From NCBI GenBank assembly GCA_010909165.1, contig MU008174.1, positions 1,161,972-1,225,971 on the forward strand: a stretch of DNA of 64,000 nt, read 5' to 3'. The position numbers were made by a program, and so were the translations under genes. The notes below the pieces were generated by a model that searched no databases, was not told the DNA's origin, and saw only the letters and a list, made by a program, of their open reading frames with translations. Shown piece after piece: positions 37,344-50,033 of this stretch (position 1 is its first letter; each line of letters starts with the position of its first letter). This stretch comes from Anthoceros angustus (lineage: Eukaryota; Plantae; Anthocerotophyta).

Positions 37344-38044
37344 CTACAGATGAAACAAGCGTTTCTGCGATTTGACGATGTGCTTGGCCTGCTTGTTGCT
37401 GATGCCGAAAGCTGTGCCAGGACATCCAAAGGGATGTTAGAGCTCAGGCGCACTCGCAAAGCTCTGAGGCGAGTACTGGGTGTTGAGCAGAGATGACCCA
37501 GGACGGGCCTGCTGCCACATTTTCATGAAGATCAAGGATCCCGAGGAAACACGTACACCTCGCCCTTGAGGAGCGTGGTCTTGCAGCTTGTGGCTTTGAG
37601 ATGGCATGAATCCTACCTCCAGCTCTCCTTCCACCAGGTAGATGATCTCTGTAGCCCGCGCGTGATGATGCGGGGGTTGAGCCCTCCTCGGCGAAGTCGA
37701 TTCTGTGCAATGCGATTCCCAGGGTGTTGAGCCCAGGAACACGTTCACGAATCCGCTGGTGACCACGGCTCCCAGAGGATGCTTGCTGGTGTCGCCCGGC
37801 GTCTTGAGACCCAGGAATTTGAAGTCCTCGGCTGTGGTGTCGGCCTCCGGCTTGCAGCGCCGTTCACATTGAGGCTGGGGTCGGTGGTGTCCAGAGCCAC
37901 GCACAAGTCCTGTAGTGGGTCGGAATCGGCGAAAGTGACGCCGGGCGCCCGACATGAAAAGCAGGCGTGCGCTGTCATGATCATGACGAGCAGCTGGAGC
38001 TTCGTGCTTGCTGATCCGGATCGGGATCGCCTCATGTAAGCCAT
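37344..38044 (-). CDS. GLP: Germin-like protein G7 (type C); heavily indel-broken
   Basis: Near-copy of G4: MAYMRRSRSGSAST..., DSDPLQDLCVA, PPHHHARATE, GSLIFMK. Confidence 0.88.
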
Positions 38045-40730
38045 GATTTCAGCCTTCAGGACGTGCCCTGCTCAGATCAGGTCGACAGCTGACAAGGCCA
38101 GCTCGGTGCAGTCTCGATCTGGGATGGGTGATGCTGCAGCAGTCTAGGCGGTGCTCAATGACAACAGCCTTGAGAAGCAGGATTGTCAAGTAGATGGAAC
38201 ACATCGCAGGCATGTATGGAAATTTATACCACCCACAGTCCACACGGCTTACACCTTTTCACGACTGGTCGTGTTTGTGCACAACTTTCGAGCCCAAGAT
38301 CCTCAGCAATTCCACAAGATTTGAGGAACCAATCGACTGGCTGATACTAAAAGTCTGCTCTCCGATAGTCGAGCATTTCGGTGCATACGTTGTGCATATG
38401 AGCCGCTGCCTGATATCTCTCTATCGGCAGATAATGGTGCAGGTAGAGATTGGTGATGGCAATTGTCTTGAATGCACCGCCAGGATGGGCCGGCCGACCA
38501 TCGCTGAAAGCCTTGGGCGAAGAGCGATTGGTACCTTGGTTGATGCTAGCACTTTCTTCTTCGCAGTGTTTTTGGGGCCAAGGTAACCGGTTGCATCAAC
38601 AAGGAAATCAGCCAGAAACTCGGGCTTTGGGGCTGTGGCTGCTACAATTTTGCACAGTGACTGGTCCTGGTGGCTGCTGGCTGGTGCCACTCACTGTCTT
38701 ATTCCTACTTTGCATTCTTGTATTGGCAGTGGTTACAGCCGAAAGATTTCCGGCGGAACTACATGCGTCTTCCCAAATTCTGCAGGCACATTTTCACCTA
38801 GCTCTCACGGGTTTATGGGCCCGGAACCCTAGATCCTTGACTCGAGGTCCGCACGCTTGTGGAGACGACTGCTGAGGACTCAAGTCAAAGTTGATGAGCA
38901 TGCTCATCAACAGATCCTGCAAGGAAACAACTAGCCAGCTCGCCCAAGGCCAATGGAAAGTGGGAGGCGGGAACCCATTATCTGGGCCCGGAGTGGGCTG
39001 CTCTCGATTGTCGTGAGCTTTCATCGGTACATTAATTTTGTCAACTCCACAACCATAATTCAGCCTGTCTCGGCGGACAGAGCCAAGCCACAGAGCTCAT
39101 TGGTGGGCAAGATTGTCCCACAACAACGTTGTGTCGGGCTTGACCCCTTTAAAACACTCGGACAACCGGAAACCGGCATATTGTATGTTCAAATCCATCT
39201 TCCAGCCATGTATGTATATACGCCCGTGTGGCCGGCGATGACAGAGTCAATCTCACGGGCGCGTACTCATGCGATGGTGGAAGGGTATACATCTTTGGGT
39301 TTCCTCCACGTTTCAAATCATCCTATCTTCCACCACTCCAACGAATTTCAGATCGGACGATTTTCACTCACTAGCACTCGAACTAGCACTGAGGAGCTTG
39401 AATCCAGTCATCAAAACCGCTTGGTCGAGATCTCTTGTGAGGGACTTCACAAGTTCACACCACGTGATCACCTGTACAAGTTTGGCTGAGCCTGGGCTCT
39501 CCAACTGCGATGGGACCCCAGACGCAATCACCAACTGTTATAAGAAAAATTAGACGACATTCATCGGAGATGACAAAATTCAAACCGTTGTAAACCTTTT
39601 CCTACCAAAAAGTTCAAACCCGTATAAAAGCTATCGTTGTAAAATAATAATATAAGTTATTCAAATACTACGTACAGGACTAAACAAGGGTAGGGATACT
39701 GCGGAGTCATATCGTGAATATTTTCAACGATGGATACATTTGCCTAGTCTGTTGCAACAACACGGCCAAAACATCGAAAGGCTCTTCTAAGAATTTGTAA
39801 GACATCCACATCAAGTTCTTGGAAAGGGATAAATAAGCCTAGTGATGCTATGCGAGAAGCTGAGGTGTTAGAAGAAGTAGCTTGGGAAAGCAGCAAGCTG
39901 CAACTAGCAACAAGCCCCAATTAGCACATGCAATTTATGTGCAACCTTCAAATGCAAAGCGTTGAGTCCACAGTCTCCTATAATTGATGATGTCTAAGCA
40001 AGATTTCATTTCTCATAGCAAGACCTAGAGTTCCCAGCACTTGATGGCCCATCACCTCGAGTCAAGCACACATCGTGCCCATATTTACATCACCCTACTT
40101 CATCCTTGCACCCGGTTGCAATTGCCTGGTTCGGAAAAAGAAATCGTGAGGTGTACCGTAGCCCATGCAGGTACTTGACATCCGTCACGCAATCACGATA
40201 TAGTAGAGCTCGCCTCAAATCGGCTGGAGACGTCCTCGCACGGGGCTGCAGACATTGCAACGTCCTGCACATCTTGCCTCATGTAGACAGGGTCCTTCCT
40301 TCCCAGCTCAAATTGAGCCTACAGCATAGCCATGGAAAATCAGCAAGATACCTTCACCACCATCCCAAAATGTTAGACAATGCAGAGCTCCTTGTAGCCC
40401 TTCCAGGGCCACACCATGAGAGGGAGTCCAACAAAGTACCACCCTTGCCCAACCGTGCAAGAGCTGCTGCTGAGGCATCGCCGTGTGGGGATGCATCATC
40501 CGCCATCTCCCTAAGCCACCAAACCCTACCGCCGTGCCGGATGCTGCTCCACACCCCTCCTCCGGCTCCCGGCCACCTCCCACCCGTCGCCGCGGCGGCA
40601 CGCGCGATCCGGACCTCGCACACAAGTCCAACGTCTAGACATATGAAAAAGGAGAGCGTTTCACAGTTTAAAACTTTAATTAAAACAATGAAAATTATCA
40701 TGTCTTACGCAAATGAGTTAGTGGAGTGGT

Positions 40731-41017
40731 AGAGCTTCTGCTTCCTCTCGTGCTACTCACGGTATCGCCTCGGCGTGCGCTCTCAGACGCTCCTTATACA
40801 GGATGCATATTCAAGATATCAACCTCAGGAAGCGCCTATTCAACTCTCTGGTCATCCCATCTACTATGTATGGCGCTGAACTCTGGGGCCTTGATCTCCT
40901 GCCTTCTTCTTGGCCTAAGGTGGAAAAAGAACAGGCTTCTTTCCTTCGTGCTCACATCGCCTGTAATCGCTCTACCCCTCTTCATGTCCTTCGCTCTGAG
41001 TTTGCCGCCTTTCCCTT
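40731..41017 (+). mobile_element. LINE fragment, copy 2, interrupted by the Gypsy
   Basis: ORF 40803-41123 begins MHIQDINLRKRLFNSLVIPSTMYGAELWG. Only 14 bp (61384-61397) continue beyond the Gypsy. Confidence 0.8.
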
Positions 41018-44000
41018 TGTGGTGACCACATGGGTACTCAGACCCCCCTCGGAAAGGAGTGTTTTTTTTGTTTTGTGGTTAAGTTGTGAGAATCGTGTGG
41101 AGTTGGGATGTGAAGTAGGTTAGGAAATAAGAAAAGTCTACTAGAGCCTAGTAGGAGGAAGAGAGTCTAGTCCCGATCCCGGATGTAACCTTGAGGGTTG
41201 CCGCTCGGCCGGTTGTTAACGCGTAGGCCGCTAAGGACTGTTGCTATGACAAAGAACCGACGGAGCTGGCTATGGTAGCAACCAAGTCGGAGTTATTTTC
41301 CGATAAATCGGAAAACCTAATTGAGCGAAATCATTGGAAATACCCGAACGGGAAGTAACGGGGCGGGGGGTCCTATTAACGATTTCCGCGGGGGGACAAG
41401 GAATATTTGCAGCGGATCAAGGCGGCGCCACACCTCAAGCTCGAGGGACCGTGAGAGTGGAGGAAACGCGCGGCCGCAGGACACGGGCGGCAGCACGAGC
41501 GCACTCAAGAGGGCCAATCGGGTGGAATGGCGGTCCGGGGTGGATGCGGCAGGATCGAAACCGAGGTGAGGTGGCCGAGACGGCGAGATTCCAAGGCTAC
41601 GCGGAGGAGCCGGAGGCGGAACAAGACTGTGGAGGAGCTCCGGGCGCGTGGCGGAAGCAATCGAGCAAACAGCCGACACCAGAAATTCGCCCAACAGGGT
41701 GGAATAATCGGGCCGAGCAGCCGGAGAAGGCGGCGCGGCTCGGCTGCATCAGAAAGAATCGAGAAGAGTAGGGCGGGTAAGTGAGGGGCCGAGGAATTGC
41801 AGAAGGAAGGAGGCGTGCACGAGGTAGGGTGCGACGCACGACCCCAAGGGAGCGGATTGGCGGGAGGCGGCGCACTGGGTCACCGCTCAACCATCGTGGA
41901 TTTTCTCCCGGACCTCACATATTTGAGGTGGCGAATTGGCTTGAGCGGCATGTTGATGACAGGAATTGGAGTAGGGTTCCAATTCCGTGGTGGTGCCGTG
42001 CCGGTCGTGGAGACACGGATACGGGGCCGAGGGGCAAGACGAGATGTGATGTAGGAGGAGGTTGGTGGATTCCACGGAGAAAATGCACCCCCGCCATCGT
42101 GAGATGGGTACGAGGAGTCGAAAAATTCCTAGGATCCTTCACCAAGCCGTGGGCTAAGAAATTTCGAGTGAGGAGTCGACCACGAGGCGACACCCGATGA
42201 AGGCTTGTGGGAAGTGCGCAATGGCGTGTAGCCGGACACTTTACCAGAACTCTAGGCTCGCCAGGTGACAAGGAGCATGGGACCTAAGAAGAACACTCCG
42301 GGCCATTGAGGCCATTACCACGCCCAATGGCCCAACATGGGGCAATCGGAGAGTGAAGGGTTCCTTGGTGGCTAAGCATCACTTGTCCTTCATGGACAAA
42401 AAGTGGTGCTACAAGAGCCTAATTGGTTCTGGAATGCAGGGCACATGAGGGAGAAGGCCATGTGGAAGGCAACACGAGAACCAACCCCGCACTGGAATAT
42501 TCGATTGTTCCAGCTGTCTATGAGAGGCTCAAGAGGAATGTGGTGGAATAATCATTGATCCTTTCGAAGCCATCTCCCAAAAGTCAGGAGGCTGTCGCCA
42601 TTGCTCCCACATTGTCTAGGGTGGAGAATGGCTGGGTCACCAACAAGTTAGACCGAGCTGGCGGATTAGCCAGTGGATCCTGCTCTCACTCACTAAGAAG
42701 CTAGAGCACATTCGACCATTTCTTGTCTTTCTCTATGAGGTGGTGAGAGGGTCCAAGATAGATTGGGCTAGGATGTTCTATGACACAAGATGTGAGAGGG
42801 ACCACTTGACCCTCATCACCCAGCTCTATCTCCTTCTTAATCCACATTTTGACCATGCCAAGTTGCCGGAGGGATAGAGATGGTCTCACCTTCCATGCCC
42901 GGAGGCCGGTGTTTGAAAGAAGGAAGCCCAAAGAGGAGTCGAGGAAGAGGCCATCTCCAGTGGCACCGGGAGTGAAGATGAGAAGTCCAAGTGTCCATGA
43001 AGAGGAATGTGGCGGTTGCTAAGGGCCATTGCTAACAGCTGGGTTGCTAAGACCCCAACAGCACCAAGAGAGGTCGGCCGAGCAGGGACTCCAACCACTC
43101 CTAGAGCCACAAGAGCACGACGGGAACTCACCCGGACAAGGATAAAGGAAAGGTTGGAAAGAGGCCAAGACCAGCCCGCAGAGCCCGTGTGGGAAGCCAC
43201 AGTCAACAGAGGAATCGGCCCAACCTTGGGCACGCACGAGCCGACCCGAGAAAGTCACTACTGCTCAAGGGTGACCTCAAGTATACCCCGGAAGTGGTCG
43301 CAGGGAGAGCCGGGCCATGCCAGATAGGAAGGAGGGAACCCATCCCCAAAGGTTTGGGGCCTAACATCACCCGCAAGAGTGGTCTCACTATGGCACGCAC
43401 TAGGTGAGATGGAGGACCGATAGCTCGTCCTCTTTGTTAGGTTTACAGCAGTAGGGGAACAACAGGGAGAGCTAAAGGAGCTCCAGGAATGAAGGGAGAA
43501 GGCCACAGGGAAGGCAACACGAGAACCAACCCCCGCACTGAATATTCGTTGTTCCAGCTGTCTATGAGAGGCTAAGAGGATGGTAATAATCATTGATCCT
43601 TTCAGAAGCCATCTCCCAAAAGCAGGAGGCCAACGCCATTGCTCCCACATTGTCTAGGGTGGAGAATGGTCACCAACAAGTTAGACCCCGAGGCTGGATT
43701 AGCCAGTGGATCCTGCTCTCAGCTCACTAAGAAGCTAGAGCACATTGTCGACCATTGTCTTTCTCTATGAGGTGGTGAGAGGGTCCAAGATAGATTGGGC
43801 TAGGATGTTCTATGACACAAGATGCGTGGAGAGGGACCACTTGACCCTCATCACCCAGCCTCACTCATCTCCTTCTTAATCCACATTTTGACCATGCCAA
43901 GTTGCCGGAGGGATAGAGATGGTCTCACCTTCCATGCCCGGAGGCCGGTGTTTGAAAGAAGGAAGCCCAAAGAGGAGTCGAGGAAGAGGCCATCTCCAGT

Positions 44001-46622
44001 GGGGAGTGAAGATGAGAAGTCCAAGTGTCCATGAAGAGGAATGTGGCGGTTGCTAAGGCATCACCATGCTAACAAAGCAAGGAGTTGCTAAGACCCCAAC
44101 AGCACCAAGAGAGGTCCGAGCAACAGGGACTCCAACCACTCCTAGAGCCACAAGAGCACGACGGAACTCACCCGATGTAAGAAGGAAAGGCCGGGCAGCA
44201 CGGGCCTCAGGAGCCCGTGGGCAGTCAACAGAGGAATCGGCCCAACCTTGGGCACTGACCCGAGAAAGTCACTACTGCTCAAGGGTGACCTCAAGTATAC
44301 CCCGGAAGTGGTCGCAGGGAGGGGCCATGCCACAGGAAGGAGGGAACCCATCCCCAAGGGTTTGGGGCCTAACATCACCCGCAAGAGTGGTCTCACCTAT
44401 GGCACGCACTAGGTGAGATGGAGGACCGATAGCTCGTCCTCTTGTTAGGTTTACAGCAGAGGGGAACAACAGGGAGAGCAACCCAAGGATGAAGAAGGAG
44501 AAGGAGGTCTTGGAGGGACGCCTAGGTAGCATGGAATTAAGGAAGGTCCGAGAAGAGTTGCGGAAGACCAAGGATCGGGAAACCCTCATGGTTCACCTCC
44601 TGACGCACAAAGCACCATAGGGGAGAATGTCATCTCGATGCGCAAGTTCAGCCGAAACTGGATGCACGGGCGCCACAAGAAGGAGAGGGACGAGGCAAGG
44701 AAAGGTTGGAAAGAGGCCAAGAGGGCTGTGATTGCAAGGAGAGCCACCGTGGAAGATGCGAGCCTCCATGGAAGAATCATTCGAGTTGGCACCGAGGAGG
44801 TTGCTAAGCAAGCAACCGCCATGAAACAAACCTGCACTGCTAAGGGAGCAACAGCTCCAAGACCGAGCTACAACAAGGAAGAAGGGGCAACCAGTGGAGG
44901 AGGACAACAGCTGGGGAGCGGTAAGCACCGCCTAAGAAGTCTAACTTCCCAATGGTGCATTAGATTGAGGGATGCTTATCAAGATAACCATGTGCCCGGA
45001 TTCTCCTTGGCTGAGAGAAGATTGTCTCCGAAAGTTTATGTTGTTGTGGGCACAGGGGACATGGAGGTACTTGATCCATGCCTTGACGGCACGGATCCTA
45101 CCTATGGGTTGGATTCTTAGGAGGAAACTCACCGACCCATCCAGATTCAAGAGCTCACCGAGGAGGAGTACTGCGGCGAGCACAAGAGAGAGAGGAGTCC
45201 AGCTGAGGAGGTAGAGATTTTATGGGAGAGATTGCCCAACCAGCCAAGAGGGAGGAGAGCAAGAGGAGAACATGGGGCTAGGCGGCCTAGGAGGCCTGTG
45301 AGAGGTAATAGGGGTAAGTGGCCAAATAGCTAAAGGCCCATGTGTTATAGATAAATCTTATCCTCTCTCATAGTGGATGAATTGATAGATAGGCCTCTAG
45401 GATTGGTAGGCTAAGACCGATTGGTATTTTTGGCAAGCCAAGCCGCTTTGTGTGATCTTGGGTATAAGAGGCAGCCTCTTGATGAAATGTAAGCAATGTT
45501 GGCCTAAGTCTTGGTGTTTGGGGCAGCACGGGGTTTGGGAGTACCAGATCCAAGGTCGTAAGTCTAGACAGCCTGTGGGAAGCCAAGAAGACCACTGTTG
45601 CCCAGATCCGTGTGGCCGATCCGCAAGAGTGGTGGAAAGCAAGGGAGGAGCCTTGAGGTCTCCTTGGGAGTCCAAGGTCAAGAGGAAGGGGTTGTGAAGG
45701 GAGGCTGTCCCTCTTCCTCATTCCCTTGTCTAGTACTCACCTTGTGTTTGAGTTTTCGTGTGTGAGGTTTGGTGTTGGAAAATGAGAGGACAAGAGAACA
45801 AGTGAGAGAAGTGGAGAAGTGATATGGGGAGTTGCTGATTGGCTGTTTGAGAGGAGTAAGAAGGAGAGAAGTGAAGTGATGTTTGTGTTGAAGAAGAGAG
45901 CTGTGGAGTGGAGGTTGAAGATCCGTGAGTGGATGAGATGGAATGATTGCGGGTAGGAAAGTATTTTGAGAGTTGGTGAAGTGTGGGGTCTGGATGAGAA
46001 CCTTGTAAGGCTGGAGAGGAGCTGAGTGAAGTGGAGATTGAATGGGTGTGAGGTGAGAACAAGGAGAGTTGAAGAGAGTGGGAAACTTGGAGAGTGTGGA
46101 GGGGCTGAGAGGCACCTCAAGGACTGTGAGAGCTGGAAGGGTCTGATGGAGCTTGGAAGGTGAGCTGAAAGGGACGAGGCAAGGAAGTCTCAAGAAGTGC
46201 TGCAAGAGTGAGGGGGAGTTATGGGAGCGAATCCCGATTGGTGGATCTAACTTTGTGGATGAATAAGAGAGAGAGAGAGAGGGTGTCACCTTATCCACTT
46301 GGATCCCACCGACCCACCTTCTATTAATAGCCGACTGATCCCAAGGTGGACCCCGCTAAAATAGAGGGTGGTTGCTAAGATAGCAACCGGGTCCCCGCTG
46401 CCGGGTAGTAACAGTAGGCTAAGATAGCCATGTGTCCGAGTGTTGTTAGGATAGTAGCCGTCTCAGAATCGCTAGATGTTTGATGTCCGTGTTGGTTGGA
46501 TTGGCTATGTTTTGGTTGTCTTGACACGAAATCACTCCTTGGGTACGAATCTCAAGTCTACAACGATAAAGAGGGTAAATGTGGCCTCTTTGTGACCACT
46601 TGGTTTAGAAAATCACTCCACA
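41018..46622 (+). repeat. Gypsy 5' LTR (5.6 kb including a ~1.05 kb internal duplication)
   Basis: Starts TGTGGTGACCACATGGGTACTC, ends AAAATCACTCCACA, followed by the PBS. Collinear with 56991-61383. Confidence 0.92.
41450..45308 (+). pseudogene. Putative extra ORF inside the Gypsy 5' LTR (indel-broken)
   Basis: Same peptides appear in both LTRs (KHHLSFMDKKWCYKSLIG, HAKLP..DRDGLTFHARRPVF, LRDAYQDNHVPGFSLA, DPTYGLDS); stop TAA at 45306-45308. The start is uncertain. Confidence 0.55.
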
Positions 46623-46640
46623 TTTTGGCGCCTGCCGGGA
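46623..46640 (+). promoter_or_regulatory. Primer binding site (tRNA-Asp type)
   Basis: TTTTGGCGCCTGCCGGGA, equal to the plant tRNA-Asp complement TGGCGCCGTTGCCGGG with 2 nt missing. Confidence 0.8.
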
Positions 46641-46759
46641 GTGTCATTGTTGTCAAGACCTTAGAGTAGACTAACCTTGTCTAGTAGTGTATTGGGAGTC
46701 TTGAGTGTGATACATGGATGCTACCCATTGAGTCCGAAAGTTCCGACCGTGAAGAGAAG

Positions 46760-49700
46760 ACTCAAAGAAGAAGACAACGCTGCCGTGGAGCGAGGCGAAG
46801 GGGTCAGCATCGAGAGCCGAGGAGAGCAAGCAACGCACTGGGAGGAGCCAAGAAGCAAGCAACAGCCGCTAGGACCGATAAATCCTTGTCTTCGACCTCC
46901 GTCAACTTGTGCACTGTGAACTCAAGAACTTTTGGACAGGCGTTGCTATAGAGATCTCTAGACCAACAATCGTTGCCGGGATAGTGACGACGTCATGGCG
47001 ACTTCGCCTTTTGCAATAACTACAAGCCATACCCACCGTATGGAGAGAAGAAGGGTATGAAGATCCGACGAGTTTGTTGAACGCTTTGAGCAACTAACCA
47101 TTGCAAATCGTGAACTGGGATCTGCAGCGATTCATTCTTCTACGGAGTTCTTCGGAGGCCAGCCAAGTGGTACAAGAGGGAGTACCTCAAGGCACCCCAA
47201 AGAACCTTCAACGAATCAAGAAAGCCTTTTGTGAGAGGTTCAGGGAATAGATGTAGAAGGCTACGTGTTGTCAAAGTTGGAGTTTTTGAGGAGAAGAAGG
47301 AAGGAGACCTTGCAAGCTTATGTTGAGAGGTTTCTTAACTTGCGTGATCGTAGTGGTCCTCACTCGATTTGTGCCATTCGGTGGTTGCTAAGGGGTTAGA
47401 TCCCGAGATGGGCCGACATGTGAGGTGCAAGCGGAGAAAAGACGAGACAAGGCCATCAAGGCGGCACTCAACTACGAAGAATCCAACTCCTTGGACAAGA
47501 AGAAGCACAAGAAGGAAAAGAGCAAGAAGAAGAAGTCCAAGCGAGGGAAGAAGGACAAGGGATCTTCGTCGGAGGAGGAAACTTGAGGAGAGTGACTCCT
47601 CTCAAGACTCAGACTGGAGGACTCTTCCTGAGGATGGCAGACGGAGGAAGAATCCTCAAGACGAGACGCAGGAAGAAGAAGAAGGTTGGCGTAAGAAGAA
47701 ACCAGAGGCTCGAGGATCAAGGGAGCTGGCTGTAAAACAAGAGGTCGCTAGTGCTAAGAAGGAAGTGGAACAAGTCAAGAGGAGGCTGAAGTCACAAGAA
47801 GGTGCAACAAAGAAGAAATGAAGATGGAGGAAATGATGAGCAAATTCGAGAAGTTTCACCTCAACGTGAAGGAGCATGAGAAGAGGAGAGCGCATCCAAA
47901 GGCTCGGGCTAACTGCTTTGTTCCACTTGTGGCCAGCCACACCAAGTCCAACTGCCATGTGGCCAAGGTGCACATGCTCGCCACGAGGAGGAGGAAGAGG
48001 ATCGCTGGAGGATACCTACCGATCCGTGGAGGTTTCTGTGGACAACAAGACCCCAAGACCGCCCATCCATCGATGCTGCGAAATTCCATGGGGCGCATTC
48101 GTAACAACAAGTGCCTGTGGTTGCTAACCAAGCAACGGTGCGGTTCACACAATCAGGGGCTTTGGTCATTATGCAAATAGCAATCGCACAAGACAAAGCC
48201 AATGGTGACTACGAACGGCCGTGCAAGACGCAAACAACATGTAGCGGGAGTGTCACTTGCCCAAACCGAGGAAGACTGCTCAATTGCTCAACCACCGTGA
48301 TGGGGTTCAAAGAAGACAACGCTGCCGTGGAGCGAGGCGGTGCGGGAGGCGAGGAGAGCACGCAACGCACTGGGAGGAGCCAAGAAGCAAGCAACAGCTG
48401 CCTAGGACCGACAGCCATCCTTGTCTTCGACCTCCGTCAACTTGTGCACTGTGAACTCAAGAACTTTTGGACAGGCGTTGCTATGAGAGATCCTGCTAGA
48501 CCAAGCAATTCGGATAGTGACGACGTCATGGCGACTTTTCCTTTTGCAATAACTACTACAGCCATACCCGTATGGAGAGAAGAAGGGTATGAAGATCCGA
48601 CGAGTTTGTTGAACGAGAGCAACTAACCATTGCAAATCGTGAACTGGGATCTGGCAGCATTCACTCTTCTACGGAGTTCTTCGGAGGCCAGCCAAGTGGT
48701 ACAAGAGGGAGTACCTCAAGGCATCAAGACTCCGAACCTTCAACGAATCAAGAAAGCCTTTTGTGAGAGGTTCAGGGAATAGATGTAGAAGGCTACGTGT
48801 TGTCAAAGTTGGAGTTTTTGAGGAGAAGAAGGAAGGAGACCTTGCAAGCTTATGTTGAGAGGTTTCTTAACTTGCGTGATCGTAGTGGTCCTCACGATTA
48901 CATTCGGTGGTTGCTAAGGGGTTAGATCCCGAGATGGGCCGACATGTGAGGCAAGCGGAGAAAAGACGTAGACAAGGCCATCAAGGCGGCACTCAACTAC
49001 GAAGAATCCAACTCCTTGGACAAGAAGAAGCACAAGAAGGAAAAGAGCAAGAAGAAGAAGTCCAAGCGAGGGAAGAAGGACAAGGGATCTTCGTCGGAGG
49101 AGGAATCTTCAGAGGAGAGTGACTCCTCTCAAGACTCAGACTGAGGACTCTTCCTGAGGATGGCACGGAGGAAGAATCCTCAAGACGAGAGGCAGGAAGA
49201 AGAAGAAGGTTGACGCTAAGAAGAAACCAGGCTCGAGGATCAAGGGAGCTGGCGGGGCTAAACAAGAGGTCGCTAGTGCTAAGAAGGAAGTGGAACAAGT
49301 CAAGAGGAGGCTGAAGGCTGCAAGAAGGTGCAGAAGAAATGAAGATGGAGGAAATGATGAGCAAATTCGAGAAGTTTCACCTCAACGCGTGAAGGAGCAT
49401 GAGAAGAGGAGAGCGCATCCACTCGGGCTAACTGCTTTGTTCCACTTGTGGCCAGCCACACCAAGTCCAACTCATGTGGCCAAGGTGCACATGCTCGCCA
49501 CGAGGAGGAGGAAGAGGATCGCTGGAGGATACCTACCGGATCCGTGAGGTTTCCTGTGGACAACAAGATCCCAAGACCGCCCATCCATCGATGCTGCGAA
49601 ATTCCATGGCATTCGTAACAACAAGTGCCTGTGGTTGCTAACCAAGCAACGGTGCGGTTCGCTTGGGGCTTTGGTCATTATGCAAATAGCTGTTCATCAG

Positions 49701-49840
49701 CAACAAGACAGGCCAATGGTGACTACGAACGGCTGTGCCAAGACTGCAAACAACAGGGTCATGTAGCGGGGAGTGTCACCTGCCCAAATCCGAGGAAGAC
49801 TGTTCGAATTGCTCAACCACCTGTGACAGGGGTTCAGCAA
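46760..49840 (+). repeat. ~1.54 kb tandem duplication in Gypsy gag
   Basis: AAGAAGACAACGCTGCCGTGGAGCGAGGCG at ~46769 and ~48312. Confidence 0.85.
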
Positions 49841-50033
49841 GCAGCATCCCAAGGAGCTGTGGCAGCCATGCACGTGGAGGATGCCCTTATGGCTGTTTGG
49901 GAGGATGCGGAAGCCATGGTGTTGCGGGAGCTAGATGGACTGGGGGGTGCAGGAGGAGACTACTACGGAGAGGCTGCAGCCATGGTGGCGCACTAGGAAT
50001 GAAAAGCTAGGAGGAAGTCATGAAGAAGAAAGA

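Larger units (their letters stand above)
32176..41017. repeat. ~8.9 kb segmental duplication, copy 2
   Basis: Collinear with 13229-22075; ends where the Gypsy element is inserted. Confidence 0.95.

Noticed and set aside
45678-46298. 206 aa minus-strand ORF (and 60475-60975, 60714-61070) in the Gypsy LTR
   Set aside because: Low-complexity S/L/P/H/T peptide expected from a GA-rich strand; the frame is not conserved between the LTRs.
46623-46640. tRNA gene
   Set aside because: Only the short PBS complement is present, with no cloverleaf.
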